NCBI RefSeq assembly: GCF_009914755.1
Contig: NC_060948.1
DNA from: the human T2T-CHM13v2.0 reference genome, Homo sapiens
Reading direction: 5' to 3' (one strand)
Length of the DNA stretch: 64,000 bases
Every line of letters starts with the position of its first letter. The stretch's first letter is position 1. Made by a program: the position numbers and the translations under genes. Below are positions 28,717 to 52,299 of the stretch, one piece after another. Below the pieces are notes generated by a model. The model did no database searches and was not told the origin of the DNA. It saw only the letters and a list, made by a program, of their open reading frames with translations.

Positions 28717-29012
28717 AGCTGGGTGCACTTATTCATATCTGAAATCTGAACACTTTGAGAAACTCTGGTTAGAGGAGCATTTGAGCCCAGAAGTTCTAGA
28801 CAAGCCTGGGCGATATAGCAAGAACCCATTGCTACAAGAAATATAAAAATTAGCCAAGCATTGTGGTACACATCTGTATTTCTAGCTCCTAGAAAGGCTG
28901 AGACAGGAGGATCACTCAAGCCTACGGTTGAGGGTTACAGTGAGCTATAATTGCACAACTACATACCAGCCTGGATGACAGACTGAAACCCATCTCTTAA
29001 ATACAAAAAAAA
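28717..29012 (+). mobile_element. AluJ within degenerate old L1 sequence (~28380-29760)
   Basis: Highly diverged Alu dimer in A-rich, L1 ORF1-like sequence. Confidence 0.75.
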
Positions 29013-29849
29013 GAAAACCAGTATGGAATGAAGAAATATGAGCAAGGGCTGAGACACTTGTAATACCATTAAGAATACAACCACTCACATAATAAGAGTA
29101 ACAGAAGGAACATAACAATATAAACAGCCAGAAAATATTTCAAAAACAAAAGCTAAAAACTCTTCAGATTTCAAGAAATGCATAAATCTACAAATATACG
29201 TTCAATGAATCACAAAAAAGATGATGCTAAAGACAAAGAAACATTATACTCAAACTGTCAAAAGTCAATTAAGAAGAGTCTTGAAAGCATCAAACTGACT
29301 CATCGCACACACACAAAAATCCTCAATTCAATTAACAGACAGTATCACTTCATAAACCATAGAGGTCAGAAATCATTGGCATAACATATTTAAAATACTA
29401 AAACAAATTGTTAATATCAATGGAGAATTTAATAGTTCACAAAATAGTTCTTCAAATATGAAGGAGAAAAAGACATTACAGATTAAAAGAAAAATGAGTT
29501 TGTCACTGCAGACCTACCATATTAGAAATGCTAATGAGAAAATATACTAGACAGCAACTCAAAGCCACATGAAAAAATAAATAAAAATGAAGGAAAACAT
29601 CACCATGAGTAACTGCAAAAACATAATATTGCATTTTTTGCTTTTAATTTATTTTTTGTATTAAAAGCAAATGATTCAAACAATAATTACAAATTTATAT
29701 TGATGAACATACAATGTCAAATGTTTTAAGATGTAAATTTGTGATAATAGCAACATTAAGGAGTGCTGTGTTATAAAAGATTTTGTTGTTTTCTGCTATT
29801 GAAAGTAAGCTAGTATTACCTATTTTTTGTTTTTGTTTTTGGGGTGTTA

Positions 29850-30655
29850 TTCTTTTTTTTTCTTTTACTTTAAAATCTTTGATACATGTGCAGAACATGT
29901 TACACATGTGCCCTGGTGGCTTGCTAAACCTATTAACCCATTATCTAAGTTTTAAGCCCTGTATGCCTTAGCTGTTTATCCTAATGCTCTCCCTCCATTT
30001 GCCCCCGACTGGCCCCACTGTGTGTCTTCCCCTCCCTGTGTCCATGTGTTCTAATCGTTCAACTCCAACTTATGAGTGAGAACATGCAGTGTTCGATTTT
30101 CTGTTACTGTGTTAGTTTGCTGAGAATGATGATTTCCAGCTTCATCTATGTCCCTGCAATTCCTTTTTATGGTTGAATAGTATTTCATGGTATATACGTG
30201 CCACATTTCCTTTGTCCAGTCTATTATTGTTGGGCATTTGGGTTGGTCCCATGTCTTTGCTGTTGTAAATAGTGCTTCAATAATTATATGTGTGCATATG
30301 TCTTTATAGTAGAATAATTTTTATTCCTTTGGGTATATACCCAATAATGGAATTGCTGGGTCATATGGTATTTCTGGCTGTAAGGTATTTCTGCCCCACT
30401 ACACTGTCTTGCACAATGGCCAAACTAATTTACATTTCCTCCAATAATGTAAAAGCCTTCCTATTTCTCCACAGTCTCACCGGATCTTTTGATCTTGACA
30501 TTTAATAATCACCATTCTGACTGGCATGAGATGGTATCTCATTGTGGTTTTTATTTGCATTTATTTGCATTTCTCTAATGATCAATGATGTTGAGCTTTT
30601 TTCATATGTCTGTTGGTTGCATAAATATCTTCTTTTGAGAAATGCCTGTTCATAT
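29850..30655 (-). mobile_element. L1PA 3' end
   Basis: Antisense L1 3'UTR and ORF2 C-terminus with a T-tail. Confidence 0.85.
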
Positions 30656-30913
30656 AAACAAAATTCTGCGGGTATAAACAAGTTCACTAAGATTTGAAAG
30701 AAATTATTTAGCTTTTTTTCTGTAGGTTGAAGCATTAAAATCATACTGATATGGGGCCAGAATCTGGACCCATGTGTCTGAATAACAGAGTTTTCTTAGG
30801 AAATTGATCTGCTGTTTGATGGAAAATTGTAACGGGTTCTAAAAAGTTTATGAAAATTTTACCTTATGGTCAAACTAATTAAAACTCGATGGAAATATAA
30901 AATTTTATTTTAA

Positions 30914-32323
<1,410 letters not shown>

Positions 32324-33422
32324 GAGCATTCCCTCTGTTGTGGAAGAGTTCATTTCCTGTTGGCTGCAGGACTCAGGGCACTGGTTTCTTGCTAGCTGCT
32401 GGCTGGGGGGTTCCTGGGGCTGCCTTTTTTTCCTTGCTACATAGATGTTTGCTTCTTCAAGAGCATGTCTCTGGGAACCTTATCACGGGAGTGGCATCCC
32501 ATCTCCTCTGCCATATTCTCCTTGTTAGAAGCAAAACATAGGACCTACCCACAATTAAGAGGCCAGGATCCCACAAAAGGACAAGGATCATGAAGACCCC
32601 TGCCCAACCTGCCAAGCCTGTTCCATATACCTTGGGGTTGGGAGAAATGAGATAAGAAATAGTTAAAAAGCCAGCAGCATGGGAAATTTTGCTCCTTCAC
32701 AAGTTGGCCCACATTCACTCACCAATTCTCAGTCATCTGTTTAGACCTTTCATCTCAACAACCTGGAGCACTCACTGTTTCCCTAGAGCTTTAGGTGAAG
32801 ACCATGAAACAAGATCAAGAGAAAGACTGGTTTAAGTATCACTTAGTTATCTTCCTCCACTTGCAATTTTCAGCCCCAAAATAACTTTGAAGGAAAAAAA
32901 TCCCAGATTATTTACATATGCTCTCCATTTTTAACTACTGTTCTGTTTAAAACATTTAATATCCTCAGAAGCCTCATTAGAGTCGATTTAATTCATAGCA
33001 AGATATTGTATGTATTTTTGCAGCTATTAATGTCTGCTTAGGGAACTTTTGTTTTCACCTGAACTTTTAGAAGAAAGTTAAGCAAAATCAGTGTGCCTGG
33101 CTGACTTGTCACTGGTGGTGCTAGGTTCTTAATAATAAAATGGAGCTAAATGGACTTCCTCACATCAGCCAATAGGCTGGAAGACGAAACCAGAGACTTC
33201 CTTGAGGAGGTCTTTCCTTCTACGTGGCCTAATTGCGACCCAAACTCCTCATGTGAGAAGAGAGCTTTAGACAATTTTCACTGGTATCTCCTTGCAGGCA
33301 TCAAGAGAGCCGCTCGGAAACCCATAAACTTGTCTAAGATGACTGAAGTTGTCCAGGGGCCTGAAGAGTCACCAGGAGCATTTTAGAACAACTCCAGGAT
33401 GTTGAATGCTTGCATCCTGCAG

Positions 33423-33906
33423 TGAGGGAAGAGAGAGACCCTCTCATATTGTTTTATATTGCTTTATACTAGCACCTGTTTTAAGAAAAAAGCAAGGAAG
33501 TGAAATCAAAGGCAGCAGCCTGGTGCCAGGCACCAGACCCAAAACCAGGCCTGGGCCTGCCTGGCCTAAACCTAGTTATTAAAAATCAACTCATGACTTA
33601 GAACCCAATGTTATCCATAGATTCCAGACATTGTATAAAAGAACATTGTTAAACTCCCTGCTGTGTTCTGTTTCACTCTGACCACGAGTGCATGCAGCCC
33701 CATCGTGTATCCCCCAGATTGCTCAATGAATCACGACCCTTTCATGTGAAATCTTTAGTGTTGTGAGCCCTTAGAAGAGACAGAAATTGTGCACTTGAAG
33801 AGCTCAAATTTTAAGACAGTAGCTTGCTGATGCTCCCAGCTGAATAAAGCCCTTCCTTCTACAACTCCGTGTCTGAGAGGTTTTGTCTGTAGCTTCTCCT
33901 GCTACA
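33423..33906 (+). mobile_element. Solo LTR2-family (HERV-E/Harlequin, LTR2B-like) LTR inside HERV-T pol
   Basis: TG...CA termini (TGAGGGAAGAGAGAGACCCTCTC...CCTGCTACA), internal AATAAA, and a 4-bp TSD GCAG (33419-33422 / 33907-33910). Confidence 0.82.
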
Positions 33907-35681
33907 GCAGTATCAGAGTTTACTGTTAGATCAGCCTCTTTTGACTTTCTCTTCCATAAGGTGTTTAAATCTAGCTACTTTACTCCCTGATCCAAACTTC
34001 ACTACACCTGTCCATGACTGCCAGGAACTGTTAGAAACTAGGGAAACTGGCTGACCTGATCTCCAAGAAGTGTCCCTAAAGAAGGCAGATGCCAGCATGT
34101 TTATAAATGGTAGCTGCTTCCTCGAACAGGGAGTACGAAAGGCTTGTTCAGCCGTTACTACAGAGAGATAGTCTGTAAGCCCAAGCTCTACCAGCTGGCA
34201 CCTCAGCTCAGAGAGCTGAGTCGGTTGCCCTCACACAGGCTCTCTGATGAAGTAAAGACAAATGTATTAACATTTACACTAACAGTAGATATGCATTCGT
34301 TACTGTGCATTCGTTACTGAGCCTTCTATCAAGAGCATAGGCTACTCACCTCAGCAGGAAAGACTACCAAAAACAAAGAAGAAATTCTAGCCCTTCTTAA
34401 AGTTGTATGGCTCTGTCAGCAGGTGGCTGTAATTCACTGCAAAGGACATCAAAGAGAAGACACCGCCATTGCCCGTGGTAACCAGACAGCAGATTCTGCA
34501 GCATGTGAGGCAGTATGACTTCCAGTCATGCCTCTAACCTTATTGCCTGCCATATCTTTTCCACAGCCTGACTTACCGATCCCCTATACACAGCAGAAGA
34601 AATAAAACTGGCTTCAGATCTCCAGGCCAATAAAAATCAGAAAGGTTGGTGGATATTTCCTGACTCCAGAATCTTCATACCACAAGCTCGCCGGGAAACT
34701 TTAATCATTCATCTGCATTCTACCACCCATTTAGGAGGAGCAAAACTAGCCCAGCTCCTAAGGAGCCGTTTCAAGATCCCTCACCTTGAGAACGTAGCAG
34801 ATCAAGCAGCTCTCTGGTGTATGGTGTGCACTCAGGCAAAGCCCTAAACCCAGCTCAGGCCACAGCCTCTGAGGAAACTCACCAGGAGAAAGGTAGGAAA
34901 TTGACTTTAGAGAGATAAAACCATACCAGGCTAGGTACAAATACCTTCTGGTACTAGTAGACACTTTCTCCAGATAGACTGAGGCATTTGCTACCAAAAA
35001 TGAGACTGCCACCACAATAGTTAGGTATTTACTCAATGAAATCATCCCTCGATATAGGCTGCCTGCTGCCATAAGTTCCAATAATAAACTGACCTTCACC
35101 TTGTCCATAGCTCAGTCAGTCAGTAAAGCATCAAACATTCAATAGAAGCTCTATTGTGCCTATTGACCCCAGAGCTCTGGACAGGTAGAACGCATGAATC
35201 ACACCCTAAAAAGTACTCTTACAAAATTAATCTTAGAGACCAGTGAGAATTAGGTAAGACTCCTTCCTTTAGACCTTCTTAGAGTAAAATGCACTCCTTA
35301 CCAGGCTGGGTTTTTACCTTTTGAAATCATGTATGGGAAGGCACCGCCTATCTTGCCTAAGCTAAGGGACACTCATTTAGCAGAAATCTCACAAGCTAAT
35401 TTATTACAGTACCTACAGTCTCTCCAAAAAAGATGTGAGATATCATCCAGCCACTTGTCTGGGGAGCTCATTCCAATCCAGGTCCTGACAGGATGGGGCC
35501 CTGCCACTCATTCCAGCTGGGTGACCTGGTGTTTGTTACAAAGTTCCAGAAAGAAGGATACACTCCTGCTTGGAAAAGACCTCATACTGTCATCCTCACC
35601 ACACCTATGGGTCTGAAGGTGGATTCCAGCTTGGATTCATCACTCCCATATCAAAAAAGCCAGCAAAGGACAGCAGGAAAC

Positions 35682-37527
35682 ATAAGTTCCCAAGCCTAGG
35701 CCAAGCCCCTAAAATTGTGTCTAAGTCAAGTGAAGCCATTAGATTAATTCTTTTTATTTACCTCTCTTGTCTGTTTCCACCTGTTATGTCCTCTGCGCCT
35801 TCCTGTTCTTTTCTCCTCACTTCTTTCACAAGACGTGTATTTGCAAACCCTACGTGGAAGGCAGGAACCTCCAAGGAAGTTTCTTTTGCAGTTGATTTAT
35901 GTGCTTTGTTTCCAGAACCTACCCATACCCACAAAGACCAATGCAACCTGCTGGTCATAGGAGCAGGAAACTTCAACCTTGCAGCAGGATTTAGACACTC
36001 CAGGAGCCAGACTGGATGTGGGAGCTCCAAAGGTGCAGAAAAAGGACCCCAAAATGTTGACTTTTACCTCTGTCCTGGAAATCACCCTGACTCTAGTTGT
36101 CGAGATACTTACCAGTTTTTCTGCCCTGACTAGACATGGGTAACTTTAGCCACTTATCCTGGGGGATTAACCTGATCTTCAACTCTTTCCATAGCTTGTG
36201 CTTCCTGTCCTAGACTGTGTACTACAAAAAATTGTAATCCTCTTACTATAATCGTTCACAACCCTAATTCAGCTCAATGGTACTATGGCATGTCATGAGG
36301 ATTAAGGCTTTATATCCTGGGATTTGATGTTGGAACTATGTTCACCATCCAAAAAAAAATCTTAATCTCATGGAGGCCTCCTAAGCCAATTAAGCCTTTA
36401 ACTGATCTAGGCAACCCTATGTTCTAAAAACACCCAGACAAAAGCGATTTAACTCTTCTGCCACCATTCCTAGTTCCTAAACCCCAGCTGCAACGACATC
36501 TCCAACCCAGCCTGATGTCCATACTGGGGGGGTACTTCACCTCCTTAATCTCACCCAGCCTAAACTAGCTCAAGATTGTTGGCTATGCCTGAAGGACAAG
36601 CCCCCTTATTATGTGGGCTTAGGAGTAGAAGCCATGCTTAAAAGTGTTCCACTATCTTGTCATGCATGACCCCATGCCCTTATGCTAGGAGATGTGTCAT
36701 GTCTAGGAATGCTTCTTGTCTAATTAGCACTGGATATAACTTATCTGGTTCTCCCTTTCAGGCTACTTGTAATCAATCCCTGCTTACTTCCTTAAGTACT
36801 TCAGTCTCTTATCGGGCACCTAACAATACCTAGTTAGCCTGCACTTCAAGTTTCACTCGCTGCATCAATGGAACTGAACTAGGACATCTCCTGTGCACGT
36901 TAATTCCTGTACTTCCTCAGGTATTGTGTACAGTGGACCAGAAGGACAACTCCTCATCACTCCCACTGAATTGCATCCCAGGTTTCACTAAGCCGCCCTG
37001 CTCCTAGCTCCCCTCCTGGCCAGCCTTAGCATAGCTGGATCAGCAGCCATCAGCACAGCTGCCCTAGTTCAAGGAGAAACTAGACTAATGTCTCTGTCTC
37101 AACAGGTAGATGCTGATTTAAGCAACCTCCATCCAGCCATAGATATACTGCATACCCAAATAGAGTCTCTGGCTGAAGTAGTTCTTCCTCTCCCAAGAAG
37201 GTTTATGCACAGCCCTAGGAGAGAGTTGTTGCTTCTCTGCCAATCAGTCTGGAGTCATAAAAGATACTCTTCAAAATATTCGAGAAAATCTAGATAGACA
37301 CCAACAAAAGCGAGAAAATAACATCCCCTGGTATCAAAGCATGTTTAACTGGAATCCATGGCTAACTACTCTAGTCACAGGTAGCTGGACCCCTTCTCCT
37401 CCTGCTGTTAGGCTTAATCTTCAAGCTGTATATATTAAACTGGTTTCTTAATTTTGTAAAAACAGTGCATAGCTTCTGTCAAGCTTATGTATCTTAAAAC
37501 CCAATATGACTCCCTTGTTATAACTGA
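35682..37527 (+). pseudogene. Defective HERV-T env
   Basis: EAIRLILFIYLSC...GTSKEVSFAVDLC...FYLCPGNHPD, CWLC motif, fusion peptide LAXLSIAGSAA, SLSQQVDADLSNL, TM region. Start codon reads ATA; multiple stops and frameshifts. Confidence 0.88.
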
Positions 37528-37910
37528 GGAATCAACAATTTTATTCCACAAAAACACAAGTGAGGAATGTAATACCTAATCTTGTTTTTAACATGAATAG
37601 ACTCTCCATTAGCTATATAACCTTGTTTTAATATGAATAGACTCTCCCTTAGCTGAGAAAACCTGATGGACTCCATTTAGCTCCTTCATTTGCAAGACAT
37701 CAAGGACTCCTTACCCACCCCCTTCCTCAAGGAGTTAACTTGTGTAAGCTGACTCTTAGCATATCAAAGAGTCCAATTAACTGATAAGGTACTGTGGCAA
37801 GCAATGTCCCTAGTTCCCAGGAATTCACTCGAGAGATAGCACCATAAAGTCCCTGTGTTTCTGTCCAGCAGAACCCTCACACCTATCACTTTGTGATGAA
37901 TTTAAAGCCC

Positions 37911-38530
<620 letters not shown>

Positions 38531-38880
38531 AAGACACACTGATTATTTCTGCATTGGTATTACAGACCAAAATGCAAACTAGCCCAAGGCTGGTGCAATA
38601 GACACTGCAACTGAATATGAAATGAGTGACTAAAAGTTGAAAAGAACCATTAACTAGACCCACCAGCTGGAATATTCTGTTTTGCGCTCGTCCTTTTCTT
38701 CCCCACCCCACCATACCTTTGTCTTCCATGAGTTATTTCTGCTGCATGTTACTGTATTTTTTTCAACCAGCTTTGGCAGAAAGATGTAGTATTTCAAGTG
38801 CTTAATATAAGATTATTCATGTTTTCTTCTTGGTGTTTTCTAATTCCATCCTTCAGTGTTAGACAAAGACATACAAAGTG

Positions 38881-40533
<1,653 letters not shown>

Positions 40534-40559
40534 TGGAGCACAGTTTTGCTGACATCTTG

Positions 40560-41050
40560 ATATTACCCAATGTGTTTTTCTTTTCAGAAAAACAGAACCC
40601 ATATGATACATATAAAGGCATTCAGTTTTAAGGTATTGGCTCATGAGATTATGGAGGCTGAGAAGCCTATGATCTGCTGTCTGCAAGCTGCAAGACTAGT
40701 GGAATAGTTCAAAAGCCTGAGAGATAAAGAGCCAATAGTGTAGACTCCAATTTAGGTCTGAAGGCCTGAGCACCTCGAGCCCAGAGGACACTTCAATGTC
40801 CCAGCTCAAGCTGTCAGTCAGAAGAAGGGCAAATACAGCTATCCTCTCTCTATGTGCTCTGTTCCGGCCCTCAGTGGGTTGGGAGGGTGCCCACAACACC
40901 AGGGAGAATGATCTACTTTGCCCAGTTCAGCGATTCAAATGCTAAATGTCATCTGGAAACACCCTGAAAGAGACATCCAGAAAAAATGTTTAAGCAGTTA
41001 TGTGAACATCCTGAGGTCCAGCCAAGTTGACACGTAGAATTAACCATCAT
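40560..41050 (-). mobile_element. MLT2-family (ERVL) LTR
   Basis: TTGGCTCATGAGATTATGGAGGCTGAGAAG...CAAGTTGACACGTAGAATTAACCATCA is typical of MLT2. Confidence 0.75.
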
Positions 41051-41770
41051 CCCCAGTGACACTCTTTCAGGATTTTGGACCTCCAGAACTATCAGATAAT
41101 ACATGTGAACTGTTTAAACCACTAAGTTTGTGGTAATATATTACAGCAGTGACAGGAAGCTAATGCAGCCCCTAACCCAAAAATCAACTTTTCTCCTTTG
41201 TAAAATGATCATGATATTTCCCCAACCACCTCATACGTTACTATGACAATCAGTGACAGAATGTTTGAATATGTTTTGAAACTATAAAAGCCTTGCCAGA
41301 ACAAAATCTGCTGCCCCTTTTGATCTAGTACTTTTCCTATCCACTCAGTTCTTCCTTTGCTGACTAGTTTCTGCTCCTCTCAGCGTACATTTGATTTGGG
41401 CAAGTCTTTCCAATCACCTTCACCTTGTCTGAATGGGTGGCTGGGCCTGAGGCACTGGCCATTTCTGCTTTTTAGAATCCATCATCATCATCAAATACAG
41501 TAAGCTTTATTTAATATTTTGGTATTTTGTTCACAATGGAATATCTGCATAATTTTTGCCTTTTAAAATATGGCATTAAAGGACCATCCAAGCAACAGGA
41601 AGAGAGCTTCCTGTCCAGTGAGGCTTGAGCGACTGAAACAGTGGCCCAGAATGCATTGCGATGGCGGTAGGCATGTGGGAGGCGGAACCAGGGCCGGAAG
41701 TAGAACCGTGTGGCCACTGCCGCAGCTTTTGCAGCTGGGTACTGAGTCCACCTAATGTAAAATCAGCATG

Positions 41771-43457
<1,687 letters not shown>

Positions 43458-43935
43458 ACTGCAGTGGCATTTAATAAGAACTTGATCCTCTACAGAAACT
43501 CTTTATGGACAAGATTAGAGAATACAAATCTAAGCGACAGACATCTGGAGGACCTGTTGATACCAGTCCACAGTATCAGCAAGTGCTGGAGAGGGAGCTT
43601 TTAAGCTTGAGCAAATATATGATAAAGTAGACATGAATAGGTTCCCCACTTCAAATTTGAAGATCCCAAATTTGAAGTCATTGAAAAACCCCAGGCCTGA
43701 AGAGATAAAGTAAAATTAATCTGGTACTTTGTCATGAGTTACTTGTACAACTAGTTAGAAGTTTCAGAATAAACATACATTTCATAACTGTCAAAAATAA
43801 ATAAATAAAATATGGCATTATAATATTATATATCTTGATGACTGCATTTTTGGCACTCCCTTAAACTTGTTTCACCCTAGTGTCCCACCTTATATTTACC
43901 TGCCAAAGTTAAGGACACATGCCTGGGAGATTGGT

Positions 43936-44338
43936 TGTATTAAGGTTCTCTACACAGATAGAACTAATGGAATATATATGCATATAAAAGGGAGTTTATT
44001 AAGTATTAACTCACATGATCACAAGGTCCCACAATAGGCCCTTTGCAGGCTGAGGAGCAAGGATGGCCAGTCCGAGTTCCAAAACTGAAGAACTTGGACT
44101 TCCATGTTTGAGGGCAGAAACATCCAGCATGGGAAAAAGATGTAGTCTCGGAGGCTAGGCCAGTCTCTCCTTTCTGCCTGCCTATATTATAGTTGCACTG
44201 GCTGCTGATTACTAGTGCCTTTCCCAGTCCACTGACTCAATGTTAATCTCCTTTGGCAACATCCTCAAAGACACACCCAGGATCAATAATTTGTATCCTT
44301 CAATCCAGTCAAGTTGACACTCAGTATTAACCATCACA
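43936..44338 (-). mobile_element. MLT2A-type LTR (3' LTR of a HERV-L)
   Basis: TGTATTAAGGTTCTCT...CAGTATTAACCATCACA, directly adjacent to a PPT-like sequence and the HERV-L internal region. Confidence 0.85.
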
Positions 44339-48221
<3,883 letters not shown>

Positions 48222-48237
48222 TATATTCATGTTTATA

Positions 48238-48603
48238 TGCGATATGGTTTGGCACCCAAATGTCATCTTGAATTGGAACTCCCACAATTCCCATGTGTTG
48301 TGGAAGGAATCTATTGGGAGGTGACTTAATTATAGGGGCAGGTCTTTCCTGTGCTGTTCTAAGGAGAGTGAATGAGTTTCACAAGATCTGATGGTTTTCA
48401 AAAATGGGAGTTTCCCTATACAAGCTCTCTCTCTTTGCCTACTGCCATTCATGTAAGAGATGAGTTGCTTCTCCTTATCTTCCACTGTGACTATTAGGCT
48501 TCCCCAGCCTCATGGAACTGTAAGAGAAATTAAACCTCTTTCTTTTGTAAATTGCCCAGTCTTGGGTATGTCTTTATCAGCAGTGTGAAAATGGACTAAT
48601 ACA
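48238..48603 (+). mobile_element. THE1-type MaLR solo LTR
   Basis: GATATGGTTTGGC...AATTAAACCTCTTTC...AAAATGGACTAATACA. Confidence 0.85.
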
Positions 48604-48802
48604 ATGTGCATATATGTAGAATAATATATATACACACTATGTACATACCATATATATGTATGTATACATACATGTATATATACACAGAGATGCACACACA
48701 TACATATATACACATACATATACATACAATTATATATGCACATACATACACATACATATGTATATACACATACTTATATACATAATACATACACACACAC
48801 AG
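48604..48802. repeat. Degenerate (TA/CA)n simple repeat
   Basis: Alternating purine-pyrimidine tract. Confidence 0.9.
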
Positions 48803-48829
48803 ATAGTTAAAAAATTAGGACCTAACTAT

Positions 48830-50935
<2,106 letters not shown>

Positions 50936-52001
50936 CTAGTGCAGTGGGTATCTGTGGAAATTATTGTGGCTCGCTTTGTCAGAATGCACTAGCTCCTTCC
51001 AACTTTATTTTCTTGTTTTCTCCCACCTGGTAGGACTGCACATTTGAAAAATTCGAAGCATTAAATAACACAGTCTATCACTTATCTACCGCCCACCTAA
51101 CATTTCAGAAAGAGGAATTTTGGTGATTGCATGATAAATAGAGGAGTTCTGTCTTCCTGCCTTAGTGTTACAGTGTCCTTTGGTGTTCTATAAGCCTATG
51201 ATAAAAGCTATTGACTATAAGGGCAGTAAACCCGGTGGGATACAGGCAGGATGGATTCTGAGCTGTTTTGCAGTTAGCTACAGAAGATCAGCTGCAAAAC
51301 TTGGCTACCCTGTGCTCCCGTTTTAGAGTGAGGATTTCCATCACTTTCTCCTACTTTAAAAGATTGACATCTGCCAAGTAATTAGAACATACAAAGAGGT
51401 CTTTTAACCAAGTTCAGTTTGGAATTTCCAAGCGCTAAGCAGGGGTGGCAGGCTAGGAGGACGGTTTGGCTGTGCAGCTACTTGAGAGGGTGCGGTAGCC
51501 GAGGGCTGCGTCCTTGTTAAGTCCAGAGCTGTAAAGACTTCTACTCTTTACTTTCCAAAACTGAACGAGCAAGGCTATAGAAGAATCAATTAACCGCAAA
51601 GTGACCCTACAGGCGGAAAAAATACAGCGCTTCCACCAGAAGGCGGTGGGGGAAGGGAAGCACGTGTAGCCAGGGTAGGGTTGCATCATGAGCTCGCTTG
51701 GGTTTTCTCTTGCACCCTTCGTTTTTCGATTGCATGCAATACCTCAGCATCAGTTTACACAAGCCCAGGGAGTCCGGGAGCAATGAAGGGCAGGCTCAGT
51801 GGAAGGTCCCAAGTCTGTCTGGAGACCTTTGAATGGCAGCTGATAAGACATAATAAGACACAATCTGTTCTGCTGATTCACAATTATGGAGACTGTGTAT
51901 GTGTATTTTTTTATCGATGTGCTCTAATGATGGTGTAGCAACCGTGATTTCATATCATTGATGTTTTTACAGCAATATTTCGCAGGGTAATTTTCAGGTC
52001 T

Positions 52002-52131
52002 GCTTTTTTGTTGGAGGATCGACCCCTTAAAAATTCATCTCGGGTTCCCGTCCCCCCACAACCTGAGCTTTTTTGTTGGAGGATCGACCCCTTAAAAATT
52101 CATCTCGGGTTCCCGTCCCCCCACAACCTGA
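52002..52131. repeat. Perfect 65-bp tandem duplication
   Basis: GCTTTTTTGTTGGAGGATCGACCCC...CCACAACCTGA at 52002-52066 and 52067-52131, identical copies. Confidence 0.97.
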
Positions 52132-52299
52132 GCGTCTAACGCGGGAGGAGGAGCAAGTGAGGTTATAAATTGCTGAGTGTACTGGGATCTTAGCACAAAG
52201 CTCATCATATACTAAAAGGAGGGGCAAACTTATTTAAAAATATTCAACACGGCAGGCCTCAGAGGTGCTGGGGAGGGGGAGTGGAAATCTGTTTAACTG

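Noticed and set aside
35570-36133. 187-aa ORF as a domesticated truncated Env
   Set aside because: The authentic ATG is mutated, the N-terminus is out-of-frame pol sequence, and the ORF ends at a TGG>TAG edit.
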